Counted from the stretch's first letter, positions 35,073-45,422 are shown. The stretch: 64,000 nucleotides of DNA from Minisyncoccota bacterium (GCA_041664925.1 JBAYJV010000001.1:293262-357261); one strand, 5' to 3'. A program made the numbers and translations. The notes: generated by a model from the letters alone, not told the origin.

Positions 35073-35819
35073 TTACTTAATCAATTCTTGGGAAAAGGGA
35101 TTAGTGCGTCTAGTTTTATATAATACCTTAAGATAATTTTTAAGAATTATTGGCAATGTTTTTGCAAATTTTATCGGGTGACGATATTTTCTTAAACTTG
35201 TATCAATATTCATCAATGGGTCGTGTAAAATTGGAGCTTTGTTTTTATAGTGATATTGTCTTTTAACGGTGATTGAAATATATAAATCTTCCAAGCGCTT
35301 GTAAGTTAAATCGAAACCACCGATATCTAAAAAAGCTTTTTTCCGAATAGCCATGTTGTTGCCGAAAAGAAAAGTCAGTCCAAGCTTAAAATGAGCTTTT
35401 TGAAAATTGTTCGATATAAAAGTAGGGAATCGTTTTTTTTCATAGAAATTTTTTCCGCCACATGCTATTACTTTTTTATTGCGCATATTCTTTTCAATTC
35501 TTTCTAACCACTCGGCTGATACGATGGAATCAGCATCAGTAGTCGCTATTATTGGATAGTGCGCATACAAAAATCCTTTCTGGCGAGCAAACACAATACC
35601 CTGACACTTTTCTTCCAGTAATTTAACATCCAAGAAACCATTTTTAATAAATTGTTTTACTACGGCAACGGATCTGTCGGTCGAGTTATTGTTAACTACA
35701 ATAATCTCAAATGGCCCCGGAAAAATTTGTTTTTCAAAGGCTTTTAGACATTTAAGTATAGTGTTTTCCTCGTTATATAACGGTATTACAACAGAAATCA
35801 TAATATTAAATTTTAACAC
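35073..35819 (-). CDS. family-2 glycosyltransferase
   Basis: MISVVIPLYNEENTI...IIVVNNNSTDRS GT-A N-terminal signature. Confidence 0.7.
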   Translation of the reverse strand: MLKFNIMISVVIPLYNEENTILKCLKAFEKQIFPGPFEIIVVNNNSTDRSVAVVKQFIKNGFLDVKLLEEKCQGIVFARQKGFLYAHYPIIATTDADSIVSAEWLERIEKNMRNKKVIACGGKNFYEKKRFPTFISNNFQKAHFKLGLTFLFGNNMAIRKKAFLDIGGFDLTYKRLEDLYISITVKRQYHYKNKAPILHDPLMNIDTSLRKYRHPIKFAKTLPIILKNYLKVLYKTRRTNPFSQELIK

Positions 35820-35837
35820 ACTTTATTTTCTACCACT

Positions 35838-36530
35838 ATGTTTGTCTTTATTGATGTTCATGTTATTATAGTAATCAACATGAAAAGCATTTTTGACAGG
35901 AATTATTTCACAAAAGAATATTATTACAAAAGAAAAAGATCTAATTATTCGAATTATAGTCGTTTTGATAACAATGCGTTCTGGAGACCGGTCATAAAAG
36001 TTATAAAGAAATATAAAATGAGTGGAAATTTTTTAGATCTAGGATGTGCTTTTGGATTTCTTTCTAAAAGGGTTATTCCATATTTTACGAATGTGTATGG
36101 TCTGGACATATCAGAATACGCAATTAGTCGTGCGCAAAATCAAACAGATTCAGTTAGATTTGTCAGTGCAGATCTTAATAAAAAAACACTTCCTTACAAT
36201 GATAATTATTTTAACTGCGTAGCCGCTCTTGATATTATAGAGCATACCGAATCAACAGAAAACACTCTTAAAATAATAACAAAAAAATTAGCTCCTAATG
36301 GATATTTAATTATAGGTTTTCCCGTCAGAGATACGGTTATGGGGAAAATTGTAGGAATTTTTGATAAAGACCCAACACACATTAGTATTGTTAACAGAAA
36401 AACACTTAAAGAACAGATATTAAAAGCAGGGCTAAGCGTAGTAGAACAACACTATTTCACAAAAGTTTTAGGTGTTCATGTGCGGGGCTTATCAGGAAAT
36501 ATTTTTATAGTCGCTCGGAAACAAAAATAA
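35838..36530 (+). CDS. class I SAM-dependent methyltransferase (start possibly at internal Met 35880)
   Basis: motif I FLDLGCAFGFL, motif post-II ALDIIEH. Confidence 0.7.
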   Translation: MFVFIDVHVIIVINMKSIFDRNYFTKEYYYKRKRSNYSNYSRFDNNAFWRPVIKVIKKYKMSGNFLDLGCAFGFLSKRVIPYFTNVYGLDISEYAISRAQNQTDSVRFVSADLNKKTLPYNDNYFNCVAALDIIEHTESTENTLKIITKKLAPNGYLIIGFPVRDTVMGKIVGIFDKDPTHISIVNRKTLKEQILKAGLSVVEQHYFTKVLGVHVRGLSGNIFIVARKQK

Positions 36531-36543
36531 AAGGCAAAACAAA

Positions 36544-36576
36544 AGAACAGCTTCTTGTTAGCTGTTTTTTTTTGTG
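36544..36576. terminator. bidirectional terminator (ACAGCT-tcttgtt-AGCTGT + T9), paralogous copy of 35032..35066
   Basis: hairpin + T-run. Confidence 0.6.
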
Positions 36577-36585
36577 CCTATTTAC

Positions 36586-38133
36586 TTAATCAAATCTTGG
36601 AAAAAGGATGTCGAGTGGCCTTAGGGTCGTGCCTGGCTTAATGTTTGTCCAGCTATCTTTATATTTCGGATTTTTGGCTAGTAATTTCTTTATATCTAAA
36701 ACAGCTGCAATTTTTAGCGCAGTTTCGGGCATGAAAACATAAATTTGCCAAGCGATCTGATGAATTGCATCCAAAAGACCATAAAGCGCCCAATTCAGCT
36801 CCTCAGTTTTTCTTCGCCTCGCTAGTGCCCAGGGCTCTGTTTTGTCAATGTATTTATTTGCTTCGGCAATAAATTGCCAGATTGAAAAGAGCGCTTCATT
36901 AAATTTGAAATCTGCAACATTTTTATCGATGTCTTGCCAGGCTTTTTTCCAGTTATGAATTTTATCATCAACTCTTAGAGGATGGGTGTCAGGATCTTTA
37001 CTGATCTGCGGTACTTTGTTGTCACAATATTTATCAATCATTTTTACTACTCGAGAAACTAAATTCCCCAGTCCTGAAGCTAGATCAGCATTGTAGGTTT
37101 CATTAAATCTTTCATAAGTGAAATCGCCATCACCGGTTGTCGGTATTTCTTTTAAGAGATAATATCTTAATGCGTCTGTTCCGTATTTTCCAATGATTTC
37201 AAACGGACTGACAACATTACCTAGGGTTTTTGACATCTTTTGTCCATCAGATGAGATAAAGCCATGAACAAGAAGAGTGTTGGGGAGCGACAATCCAGCC
37301 GAAAGAAGGATGCCCGGCCAAATAAGGGCATGAAAACGCAAAATGTCCTTTCCGATTATTTGGATGTCAGCGGGCCAATATTTATTAAAATTGGCCTCAT
37401 CGGCGCTTCCAAAGCCCAAAGACGAGATATAATTAGTCAAAGCATCAGCCCAAACATAAATTGTTTGGGTATTGTCGCTTGGAACGGGAATTCCCCAATC
37501 AAGAGACGAGGCGGGACGAGAAAAACTTACATCTTGGACACCATCTTTTATTAGGGAAAATAGTTCATTAGTTCTAATTTCTGGAATGATTTTTAGTTTT
37601 CCAGATTCAATTAACTTCTTAATTTCATCGCCATACTTTGAAAGTTTGAAAAAATAATTTTTTTCTTTAATTTCTTCTGGTTTGGCATTATGAAGATGGC
37701 ATTTTCCGTCTTTATCTAAATCCTTTTTAGTAATAAAGGCCTCACAGCCAGCGCAATAGAGACCGTCGTAAGTTTTTTTATAAATATCACCCTTTTCTTC
37801 TAATGTTTTCCAAATTTTTTCAACACCTGGCCAGTGGCGTTTTTTGTCAGTTGTTCGTATAAAGTCATCATTTGAAATGTTCAATGTTTTTGTCAGCTCC
37901 AAAACCTTGGCAGAATTTTCGTTTACCAATTCGCTTGTGGTTATGCCAAGTTTTTCAGCAGTTTTTTTATTTTTAACACCATTTTCGTCAGTCCCTGTTA
38001 AAAAGCGAACATCTTCTTTCTGAAGTCGATGGTAGCGCGCTAAAACATCTGCCTGTGCTAGTTCTAAAGCAAAACCAATATGTGGACAGGCATTTGTATA
38101 GACGATAGATGTTGTTATATAGTATCTTTTCAT
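36586..38133 (-). CDS. metG: methionyl-tRNA synthetase (minimal form without C-terminal tRNA-binding extension)
   Basis: class I HIGH (CPHIGF), KMSKTLGN, CP-domain zinc knuckle CAGCE...C..H, anticodon-binding helical domain. Confidence 0.8.
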   Translation of the reverse strand: MKRYYITTSIVYTNACPHIGFALELAQADVLARYHRLQKEDVRFLTGTDENGVKNKKTAEKLGITTSELVNENSAKVLELTKTLNISNDDFIRTTDKKRHWPGVEKIWKTLEEKGDIYKKTYDGLYCAGCEAFITKKDLDKDGKCHLHNAKPEEIKEKNYFFKLSKYGDEIKKLIESGKLKIIPEIRTNELFSLIKDGVQDVSFSRPASSLDWGIPVPSDNTQTIYVWADALTNYISSLGFGSADEANFNKYWPADIQIIGKDILRFHALIWPGILLSAGLSLPNTLLVHGFISSDGQKMSKTLGNVVSPFEIIGKYGTDALRYYLLKEIPTTGDGDFTYERFNETYNADLASGLGNLVSRVVKMIDKYCDNKVPQISKDPDTHPLRVDDKIHNWKKAWQDIDKNVADFKFNEALFSIWQFIAEANKYIDKTEPWALARRRKTEELNWALYGLLDAIHQIAWQIYVFMPETALKIAAVLDIKKLLAKNPKYKDSWTNIKPGTTLRPLDILFPRFD

Positions 38134-38798
38134 CTGTTTATCAAAACAACGAATTCTCCTTTATTTTTATCCTGATCTAATTTTTCTAACACCTGCTTGG
38201 GTGTTCCTCGATAGATTGTTTCAAATTTTTTAGTCAACTCTCTTCCCAAAACAATTTCTTCTATTTCCAAATCAATAATCTCTGACAAGAACTTCTTGAT
38301 TCGATAAACTGATTCATAAACCACTACGGGAAATCTCGAATCCTTGATAATGCCTAGGAAAGTTTTGCGTCCTTTCTTTTTTGGCATAAAACCTAAAAAC
38401 AAAAAGCGATTTACATTAAAATCGGCGACAGACAATAACGCAGTTAAAGCAGATGATCCTGGTATGGGAATAATCTTTGCGCTTTCACCAAATATTTCTA
38501 TAACTTTTTGAACTAGCTTACCCCCTGGATCAGCGATGTTTGGGGTGCCCGCCTCAGAAACTAGCGCAATTTTTTTACCAGATTTCAATAATTCAATAAT
38601 ACCATCATAAACACTACCTTCTGAATGTTCATGAAACGATTGAAGGCGGGTTTTGATTTCATATCTATCAAAAAGCCTTTTTGTCACGAGCGGTTTTTCT
38701 GACAATACAAGATCTGTCTCTTTTAGTATTCGCACTGCTCTTACGGTTATATCTTCTAAATTACCAATTGGCGTGGCGACCAAATAAAGTTCTCCCAT
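38130..38798 (-). CDS. rsmI: 16S rRNA (cytidine1402-2'-O)-methyltransferase RsmI
   Basis: LYLVATPIGNLEDIT start, tetrapyrrole-methylase fold motifs. Confidence 0.85.
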   Translation of the reverse strand: MGELYLVATPIGNLEDITVRAVRILKETDLVLSEKPLVTKRLFDRYEIKTRLQSFHEHSEGSVYDGIIELLKSGKKIALVSEAGTPNIADPGGKLVQKVIEIFGESAKIIPIPGSSALTALLSVADFNVNRFLFLGFMPKKKGRKTFLGIIKDSRFPVVVYESVYRIKKFLSEIIDLEIEEIVLGRELTKKFETIYRGTPKQVLEKLDQDKNKGEFVVLINR

Positions 38799-38799
38799 A

Positions 38800-39840
38800 T
38801 TACTTTGGTTTAGATTTTTGAAACTTAGTTAATCCAAAAATATCACTGGAAAATTCAGAAATCAGCATAGTAATGGGAATTGCTAAGATCATACCAAGAA
38901 TACCACCCAACTTAACGCCTACCAAGATTGCCAAAATCGTTATAACTGGATTAAGTCCCGTAGTTTTTTGCATAATCTTGGGAACTAATAGGTGATTTTC
39001 TAGTTGTTGGATAATAATATATAACCCAAGCGTTATGAGCGCCAGAATCGGGGATTCGATAAAAGCAATCGCAATGGCTGGAATTGCTGAAAGGATTGGA
39101 CCAACGGTAGGCACTAATTCAAAAATTCCTGCTAAAACAGAAAGCGCTAAAGCATAAGGGATCTGTAAAATTGTTAGGCCGATGAAAGTCATTAGACCAA
39201 CAACTAATCCTAGTAATAGTTGAGAACCAAACCAGCGGCTCATCTTTTTTTGAGCTCGTTCCCAGATATTGATTGCGTAATCTCTTTTCCCTTCTGGTAT
39301 AAATGTTCGGATAATCTTTCGCACACCTTCTTGCTCTATTGTTAAATAAAAAGACAGAATAAAAACAACAATAAATGAAGCAACGCGACCCACGATGTCT
39401 TCAGTTACAGAAAAAATATTAAAACTAAATTGACTAATCTTTTCACTCAGACTAACGAAGAATTCTTGAAACTGACTCTGGTCGTGAATAATATTCTTAA
39501 GCAAAACGATACTAGAACTTAGTTTGTCTGCTATATTGGGCATGAAATTTGACAACTGTTTTAGTTCACCTGCCAGAGGAGTAATAATGATTGTGAGTAA
39601 AAATCCGATAAATGCGATAGCTAGAAAATAAACAATAATTGTGCCGATCGTTTTTGGAATACGGTGTTTTTTTAGCCAGTTTACGGGAAGGCTAGCGGTC
39701 GATGCAATGATTAGGGCAAAAAAGAGGATAACCAAGACGTTCCTAATTAAAAAAGCAAAGAAAATTAAAGCAATAACCGCCAGAGTCTTAAAAATTGTGA
39801 CTGACGATATTTCTATAGTTTGTCTTTGATTCTTTTCCAT
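38800..39840 (-). CDS. AI-2E family (UPF0118/PerM) membrane transporter
   Basis: 8-TM protein with C-terminal LELVPTVGPILSAIP motif region. Confidence 0.7.
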   Translation of the reverse strand: MEKNQRQTIEISSVTIFKTLAVIALIFFAFLIRNVLVILFFALIIASTASLPVNWLKKHRIPKTIGTIIVYFLAIAFIGFLLTIIITPLAGELKQLSNFMPNIADKLSSSIVLLKNIIHDQSQFQEFFVSLSEKISQFSFNIFSVTEDIVGRVASFIVVFILSFYLTIEQEGVRKIIRTFIPEGKRDYAINIWERAQKKMSRWFGSQLLLGLVVGLMTFIGLTILQIPYALALSVLAGIFELVPTVGPILSAIPAIAIAFIESPILALITLGLYIIIQQLENHLLVPKIMQKTTGLNPVITILAILVGVKLGGILGMILAIPITMLISEFSSDIFGLTKFQKSKPK

Positions 39841-39848
39841 AGATGTTT

Positions 39849-41114
39849 TTAAAAAATTAAAGTGTTTTTCAAAGATTGGTTTTTGTTGGGAGTAATAAGA
39901 GCAAGGTTAAGATTTTTAGGCATAAATATTTCCTGAGCAACATTGCGGATATCTTCGCTTGTAATCATGTCTATTTTCTGGAAAATTTTCTCTGGTGAAC
40001 TAATTTTGTTTCTCAAAAGTTTTTGTCTTCCCAAGAAAAAGGCAATATCGCTAGAGGTTTCGAGAGCAAGTAAAGTCGTGCCCTTAATGTGTTCTTTAGC
40101 TTTTTTGAGTTCTTGCTCTGAAACAATATCTTGTTTTATTTTTTCGAACTCATCTTTAATCAATTTTATCACTTTTTGAATATTTTCATGATGAATCCCG
40201 GCTTGAACCACGAAATAACCGCTATCAGTATAACTTTCTTGAGAACTTTTGATGTAATAACACAACCCTTGTCTTTCTCTAATATTAATGAATAATCGGG
40301 AGCTCATACCTCCTCCCAGAACAGTATCGAGAAGCGCTAAGGCATGGCGTTTTTTACTAAACATATCAAAAGATCTTACTCCAAGACAGAGATGGGTTTG
40401 ATCTGTTTCTTTGGGAAAAATAACAATTTCTGATTTTTCCTGTTTCTCAACAACTTTAATTTTGTCTTTGGTTTCTTGGGTTGGGTATGAACCGAAAAAC
40501 TTCTCTGTCAATTTAAGGGTGTCATCGGGATCAATCTTGCCAGCAATAACTAAAACAGAATTTTTACTACTATAATGATTTTTAAGATAATTAATGAAAT
40601 TTTCTCGCTTAAATTGAGTAATATTTTTTTCTGTTCCTATAATATGCCATCCTGCTGGGGTGTCACCATAAAGAAGTTTTTCAAAAACTTCGTCAACATA
40701 GGCGATAGGCGTATCTTGGTACAATTTTATTTCTTCGGCAATCACTCCCTTTTCTCTTTCAATTTCTTCTTCTTTAAAAAGTGAATTTGTCAGCATATCA
40801 GAAAGAACATCTAATGCTAAAGGAAGATGAAGATGGGCAAGTTTTACATAAAAACCAGTAAATTCCTTTCCCGTAAAAGCGTTATAAATTCCGCCAACAT
40901 TATCGAGAGTTTCAGAAATAGCGAGAGTGTCAGGACGTTTCAAAGTACCCTTGAAGAATATATGCTCTAAAAAATGAGAGATGCCATTTTCTTCTTTTGT
41001 TTCGTATTTTGATCCGGCTGCAACCAAAAATAGCACTGTCACGGTTTCAGTGCTCTTTAAGGGAGCCAGCACAACCTTAAGACCATTACTTAGTTGGTGC
41101 GATTTGTAATTCAT
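39849..41114 (-). CDS. M16-family zinc peptidase (insulinase-like)
   Basis: inverted zinc motif HFLEH (HxxEH) near N-terminus, 421 aa. Confidence 0.75.
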   Translation of the reverse strand: MNYKSHQLSNGLKVVLAPLKSTETVTVLFLVAAGSKYETKEENGISHFLEHIFFKGTLKRPDTLAISETLDNVGGIYNAFTGKEFTGFYVKLAHLHLPLALDVLSDMLTNSLFKEEEIEREKGVIAEEIKLYQDTPIAYVDEVFEKLLYGDTPAGWHIIGTEKNITQFKRENFINYLKNHYSSKNSVLVIAGKIDPDDTLKLTEKFFGSYPTQETKDKIKVVEKQEKSEIVIFPKETDQTHLCLGVRSFDMFSKKRHALALLDTVLGGGMSSRLFINIRERQGLCYYIKSSQESYTDSGYFVVQAGIHHENIQKVIKLIKDEFEKIKQDIVSEQELKKAKEHIKGTTLLALETSSDIAFFLGRQKLLRNKISSPEKIFQKIDMITSEDIRNVAQEIFMPKNLNLALITPNKNQSLKNTLIF

Positions 41115-41704
41115 TAAAGTTTCAAAAAATTCATTTTATAGTAGATTTTTCTGGTTAATTCAACGTCTTTCTTGCAATATTTATAGATTTCATCATATTC
41201 TTTATTAAGATATTTTCCGTAAACTTCCGAACCGCACATTTCGTCTTTTGAAGTGGCAAAGCCGAAAATTTTTGCAAGCGTATCTAAAGAGGTATTACTA
41301 ATCATAGACCATTTTTCCCACTCTCTCATTGTGTCATAAATCGGTTCTGATCGATAACGCGCAAAACTTAGTTCTCTTGATGGTTTAATACCATGAACAA
41401 TTGATCTTTTGTAGAGAAATCTAAGGTCAAAATCCATAATATTGTGTCCGATAAAAACATCGACGTCTTCGGCGATTTTCCAGAATTCAGTTAAAATTTC
41501 TCGTTCATTACCCTTAATAATACTTGCGCCCTCTGATTTTGGCGGCTCCTTTATATAAGCAATACAAAAAACACGACCGAAATTACCATCCAAAGCAGTT
41601 CTTTCAAAAGAATCACCTTTTCTTCTCTTAATAATTTCTTCAACCATTTCCTTTTTTTCTCTTTCAGCAGGAATTGTTTCGATATCAAATATTAAACGGT
41701 TCAT
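41114..41704 (-). CDS. RNase H-like 3'-5' exonuclease (PolB-exonuclease-like/YprB-type, COG3298)
   Basis: Exo I FDIET, Exo II GHNIMDFDLRFL motifs. Confidence 0.55.
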   Translation of the reverse strand: MNRLIFDIETIPAEREKKEMVEEIIKRRKGDSFERTALDGNFGRVFCIAYIKEPPKSEGASIIKGNEREILTEFWKIAEDVDVFIGHNIMDFDLRFLYKRSIVHGIKPSRELSFARYRSEPIYDTMREWEKWSMISNTSLDTLAKIFGFATSKDEMCGSEVYGKYLNKEYDEIYKYCKKDVELTRKIYYKMNFLKL

Positions 41705-41904
41705 AAAATAAGGGATATAATGAATAAATGAGACACAAGAAATAAGCAGGATGGATAAATTTTTTTCTTTTATCCTCTTAACCCCTTTATATCCTGTATT
41801 TCTTATTGTATAACAAATAAAAAATAAGGCAACAAAACAATTTTAAAAACAAAAGTCAACTTTTCAGGTGAAAAATTGACTTAGAATAATAAAAACCTAA
41901 AAAC

Positions 41905-43467
41905 CTAATCCAAGTCACACAACATATAGGCTATTGCCTTTGCTGCCAAGTCCATCGCTTCTTCGTCAAAGTTTGCTTCTGGAGTATGTAATTTGTAACC
42001 GCTGTCACCCTTTTTTCTTGCTCCCAAAGTTAATCTTGTTGATGGAATTTCTTTGCTAAAATAATTAGCATCATCTGGAACAAGCACAGGTTCAGTCTGA
42101 TAGGTGATGTTTTTATCGAATTTATCAATGGATGACTTCAGGACATTAGTTAGTCGGGGATCTCCTCTGAATGATGATATGCCCATTTTGTGGTGAAATT
42201 CGTATTGTAGTCCCGGATAATCTTTTGCAACTTCAGAAACTTTTCTTATTAGTGCTTCTTTAATGATTTTTCGCAAAGTTTTTCCTTTAACATCCGGTTC
42301 AAGAGACCACACCTTGCCAAAATTAACCGGGTTGGGCTTTGTATCTGACTTGGTCGGTTTTTCTCTTTTCCAGAAAGGAATTTTTTCTGCCGACACTGTC
42401 TCGCCCGTCCAATCATCACCAAAAAGATGTCCACTAATTTTTAATCCTTGAACATTTTGGGGGCGGTGTTGTTCGTCTTGTTCTTCTAAACGGAGAAGTT
42501 CTAAGATTCTCCCAACCTGTTCATTTATATAAGCATTTTTATCTTTAATTGACCAATCCTGTCCTTCTTTTGACGATATAGTTTCGCTAATTTCACCATA
42601 AATTTTATCAACTGCAATCAATATTTTTTTGATCTCTTGGTCAACTTTTTCAAAAAACATTTTTTGGACAGCAGGATCAGTATCTGGATCGGTAATTTCA
42701 ACAGCCCACCTATCTGAAGCGGCTAACACAGGCCTTCCTTTTTCAAATTCTCCTTCGGCTAAAACAGTTCCTGTTTCAGAAAAATCATTATAATGCCAAC
42801 TAACGAGACCATCTGCGCTAAGCATGTTTCTTATTTCTTCAGGGAGTTCTTTATTTCTGTTAGCTTCGTGAATAATTTTCGCCGCGCCTGTTTCTACGGC
42901 AGTTGATGATTCCTCGTTACCTCTAGCAACGCAGATAACATCGAAACCAAGGCCGACTTCATCATTAATTTTTGTTAAATACCTTGTTATACCTTCTCCG
43001 GTTGCTGAATTTAAGTCATGACCACAACCATGAAATGCGTCAGTGTTTTCAGATGAATATGGTAGACCAGTTTTTTCTTGCATCGGAAGAGCGTCCATGT
43101 CCCATGTTAGAACATATTTTTTTCTAGGTTGTCCTTCTGTTGATTTTTTGCCGCGCAAAATACCAACAACGCCAGCAATGCCTTTCTTTTTTTCATCTTC
43201 GCTGATTTTATAATCTGTTTCAAGAATCCAAGCTTCTAAGCCCAAGTTTTTTAGATTTTCAAGAGTTGTTTCGGCTGTCCTTTTAATCTCAAAACCGGTT
43301 TCTGGATATTGATGAATATCTCGTCTTCTTTCAACCATTTTCTGATAAGTTTCGGGCGCTTCGCTTTCTATTAAACTAGCAATTTTTTCTAACTCTGCCT
43401 GTCTTTCCGGAGTTAATTCTTTTTCTGTTTTTTCAGAAGGACTAAATTGTTCATTTTTGATACCCAT
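41905..43467 (-). CDS. M20-family amidohydrolase/peptidase-like protein
   Basis: HGCGHD motif (M20D HACGHD-like), 520 aa. Confidence 0.45.
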   Translation of the reverse strand: MGIKNEQFSPSEKTEKELTPERQAELEKIASLIESEAPETYQKMVERRRDIHQYPETGFEIKRTAETTLENLKNLGLEAWILETDYKISEDEKKKGIAGVVGILRGKKSTEGQPRKKYVLTWDMDALPMQEKTGLPYSSENTDAFHGCGHDLNSATGEGITRYLTKINDEVGLGFDVICVARGNEESSTAVETGAAKIIHEANRNKELPEEIRNMLSADGLVSWHYNDFSETGTVLAEGEFEKGRPVLAASDRWAVEITDPDTDPAVQKMFFEKVDQEIKKILIAVDKIYGEISETISSKEGQDWSIKDKNAYINEQVGRILELLRLEEQDEQHRPQNVQGLKISGHLFGDDWTGETVSAEKIPFWKREKPTKSDTKPNPVNFGKVWSLEPDVKGKTLRKIIKEALIRKVSEVAKDYPGLQYEFHHKMGISSFRGDPRLTNVLKSSIDKFDKNITYQTEPVLVPDDANYFSKEIPSTRLTLGARKKGDSGYKLHTPEANFDEEAMDLAAKAIAYMLCDLD

Positions 43468-43475
43468 AAATTTAA

Positions 43476-44420
43476 TTAATCAACTTTTACATTTAAAAGG
43501 TAAGTATAGAGGCCCATTGATGCGTAGACCCATTCTCTTAAAAAGTCTTTTACAATAACCCGAGAATCTTTATCGACTTCTTTTTCAACGGTTAGGCGAC
43601 CATCTGTCAGAATTCTTGGAGTTACATATTGAATAAAAGCATCTGGTTTCACGAGTTCTAGATCTTTTTCCGTAAAGATTTTAACCAATTTGTTGTATTT
43701 TTCCACTAATCCTGGATCTTCTCCTGGTTGGGGTAATCCTTCCATGATGATTAAAGAGTCTACTTTGGATATAAAATCTTCAAGCTTTCCTCTGATTAAT
43801 TGGCCGCCGGTTTTTTTAACAAAATCTTTAATATGAGGAGGCGTTTCGAACTCGTCAATCACAGGATCTTCATACATCGTTACGCCCATAATGCTTAACA
43901 TTTTAATCATTGCCTTAATGGGGCGCGAAGACTTAGTCATGCCGTAAAATCCTACAGTTGATTTTTTGAAATCAAAATTTCTACGAGAAAGAGAATAAAT
44001 CATAGTTAAAGAACCGTTTGTGTGTTCATCGCTACCGCACATAGCATTCACTAAAGGAATAGGGAAATCAGCAGAAAAGTCGTCTAAATTCAAGCTTTTG
44101 TGCCTAACAGCCATAATGTCACAAGCAGGAGCATACGATCTCATAAAATCCTCTATATCTTCTTCTCCTGATGCAACATAGGTTCCAGCGGTTCCACTAA
44201 TTCCAACAAAGCCGCCGCCCAATCTGATTATCGCTGACTGTAAAATTGTTGATGTGCGTGTGCTTTCTTGAAAAAATAATGTAGCGAGAACTTTTCCCGG
44301 GCAGAGATGGGTAAAATCTTTACCTTTTTCAATACCTTCTTGAAAAATCTTAGCGCGCCTACAGACCTCTAAATAATCTTCTTTAGTAAAATCTTCCGCT
44401 TTGATTAAATGTTTGGGCAT
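43476..44420 (-). CDS. divergent aspartate/ornithine carbamoyltransferase-fold protein
   Basis: FFQESTRTS (STRTR-like), DIMAVRH, PLVNAMCGSDEHTNG (HPxQ region altered); 314 aa. Confidence 0.4.
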   Translation of the reverse strand: MPKHLIKAEDFTKEDYLEVCRRAKIFQEGIEKGKDFTHLCPGKVLATLFFQESTRTSTILQSAIIRLGGGFVGISGTAGTYVASGEEDIEDFMRSYAPACDIMAVRHKSLNLDDFSADFPIPLVNAMCGSDEHTNGSLTMIYSLSRRNFDFKKSTVGFYGMTKSSRPIKAMIKMLSIMGVTMYEDPVIDEFETPPHIKDFVKKTGGQLIRGKLEDFISKVDSLIIMEGLPQPGEDPGLVEKYNKLVKIFTEKDLELVKPDAFIQYVTPRILTDGRLTVEKEVDKDSRVIVKDFLREWVYASMGLYTYLLNVKVD

Positions 44421-44462
44421 ATTTTTTATTAAAAATTAAATTTCTAAACTTAAAATTAAGTC

Positions 44463-45401
44463 TTATAAAGTTGTAATTGGTCGAGCTTGGAGAATATAAA
44501 GCGTATTATTTTCAAGCGCCCATTCAATATCTTGCGGCTTTCCGTAATGATTTTCAATATTGATAGCGATTTTCGCCAATTCCTTGATTTTTTCATTTGA
44601 TAATTTCTGTTTATCTTTTTTATCGTCAGGTACTGCTCTTTCTTCTGTGTCAAAATCAGGTTTTCTGACAATCATTTTTGTTTGTTCAGATGTGCTGACA
44701 TCAATAAAATTGAGAGTGCTTTTTTCAATAACATAACTATCGGGCGTAATACTTCCCTGAACTAAAGCTTCTCCCAATCCCCAACAAGCCTCCGCAATCA
44801 TTTGATCTTTATCTCGAGTGACTGGATGGACCGTAAAACAAACGCCGGCAACTTCAGAATCAATCATTTTTTGGACTACTACTGCCACAGAAACCAATTT
44901 TCCTTTATAACCACGCTCGAATCTGTAACATAGTGCTCTTGGAGAAAACAGCGAAGCCCAACATTTTTTTACGCTTTCTAAAACATTATTTTTGTTTATA
45001 AAAAGATAGCTTTCAAGTTGGCCTGCCCAAGCGTCAATAGCGGAATCTTCGGCAGTAGCTGACGACCTGATGGCAACATATTCTGTGTCAAGATTATCAA
45101 AATTAATTAAAATTTCTTCTTTAATATTCTCAGGAATGCTTCCATTAGAAACGATATTATGAATTTCTTCTGAACAGGATTCTATGGCTGAAGAATCCTG
45201 AGTATCAACCTTGTCCAATAATTTATCAATTTTTGTTTTAATATCGTTATCTTTTAAAAATTTATCAAAAGCAGAAGCAAGGACAACAAAACCCGGAGGA
45301 ACAGGGATGCCCGCCTGAGTCATTTCGCCCAGAGACGCTCCTTTTCCACCGGCAATTCCTACATCATTTTTTGAAATTTCTCTAAAATTCTTGATATACA
45401 T
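44463..45401 (-). CDS. stand-alone PPDK_N / PEP-synthase N-terminal ATP-grasp nucleotide-binding domain protein
   Basis: VGIAGGKGASLGEM, GIPVPPGFVV, VAIRSSATAEDS, GVCFTVHP, DIEWA...LQARPITTL; no swivel or TIM-barrel domain. Confidence 0.8.
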   Translation of the reverse strand: MYIKNFREISKNDVGIAGGKGASLGEMTQAGIPVPPGFVVLASAFDKFLKDNDIKTKIDKLLDKVDTQDSSAIESCSEEIHNIVSNGSIPENIKEEILINFDNLDTEYVAIRSSATAEDSAIDAWAGQLESYLFINKNNVLESVKKCWASLFSPRALCYRFERGYKGKLVSVAVVVQKMIDSEVAGVCFTVHPVTRDKDQMIAEACWGLGEALVQGSITPDSYVIEKSTLNFIDVSTSEQTKMIVRKPDFDTEERAVPDDKKDKQKLSNEKIKELAKIAINIENHYGKPQDIEWALENNTLYILQARPITTL

Positions 45402-45422
45402 ATTATTTTAATTATTTTTTAA

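Noticed and set aside
43476-44420. Calling this gene pyrB/argF
   Set aside because: Catalytic STRTR and HPxQ motifs are degenerate, so a bona fide aspartate/ornithine transcarbamoylase assignment is not supported. Only the fold-level call is retained.
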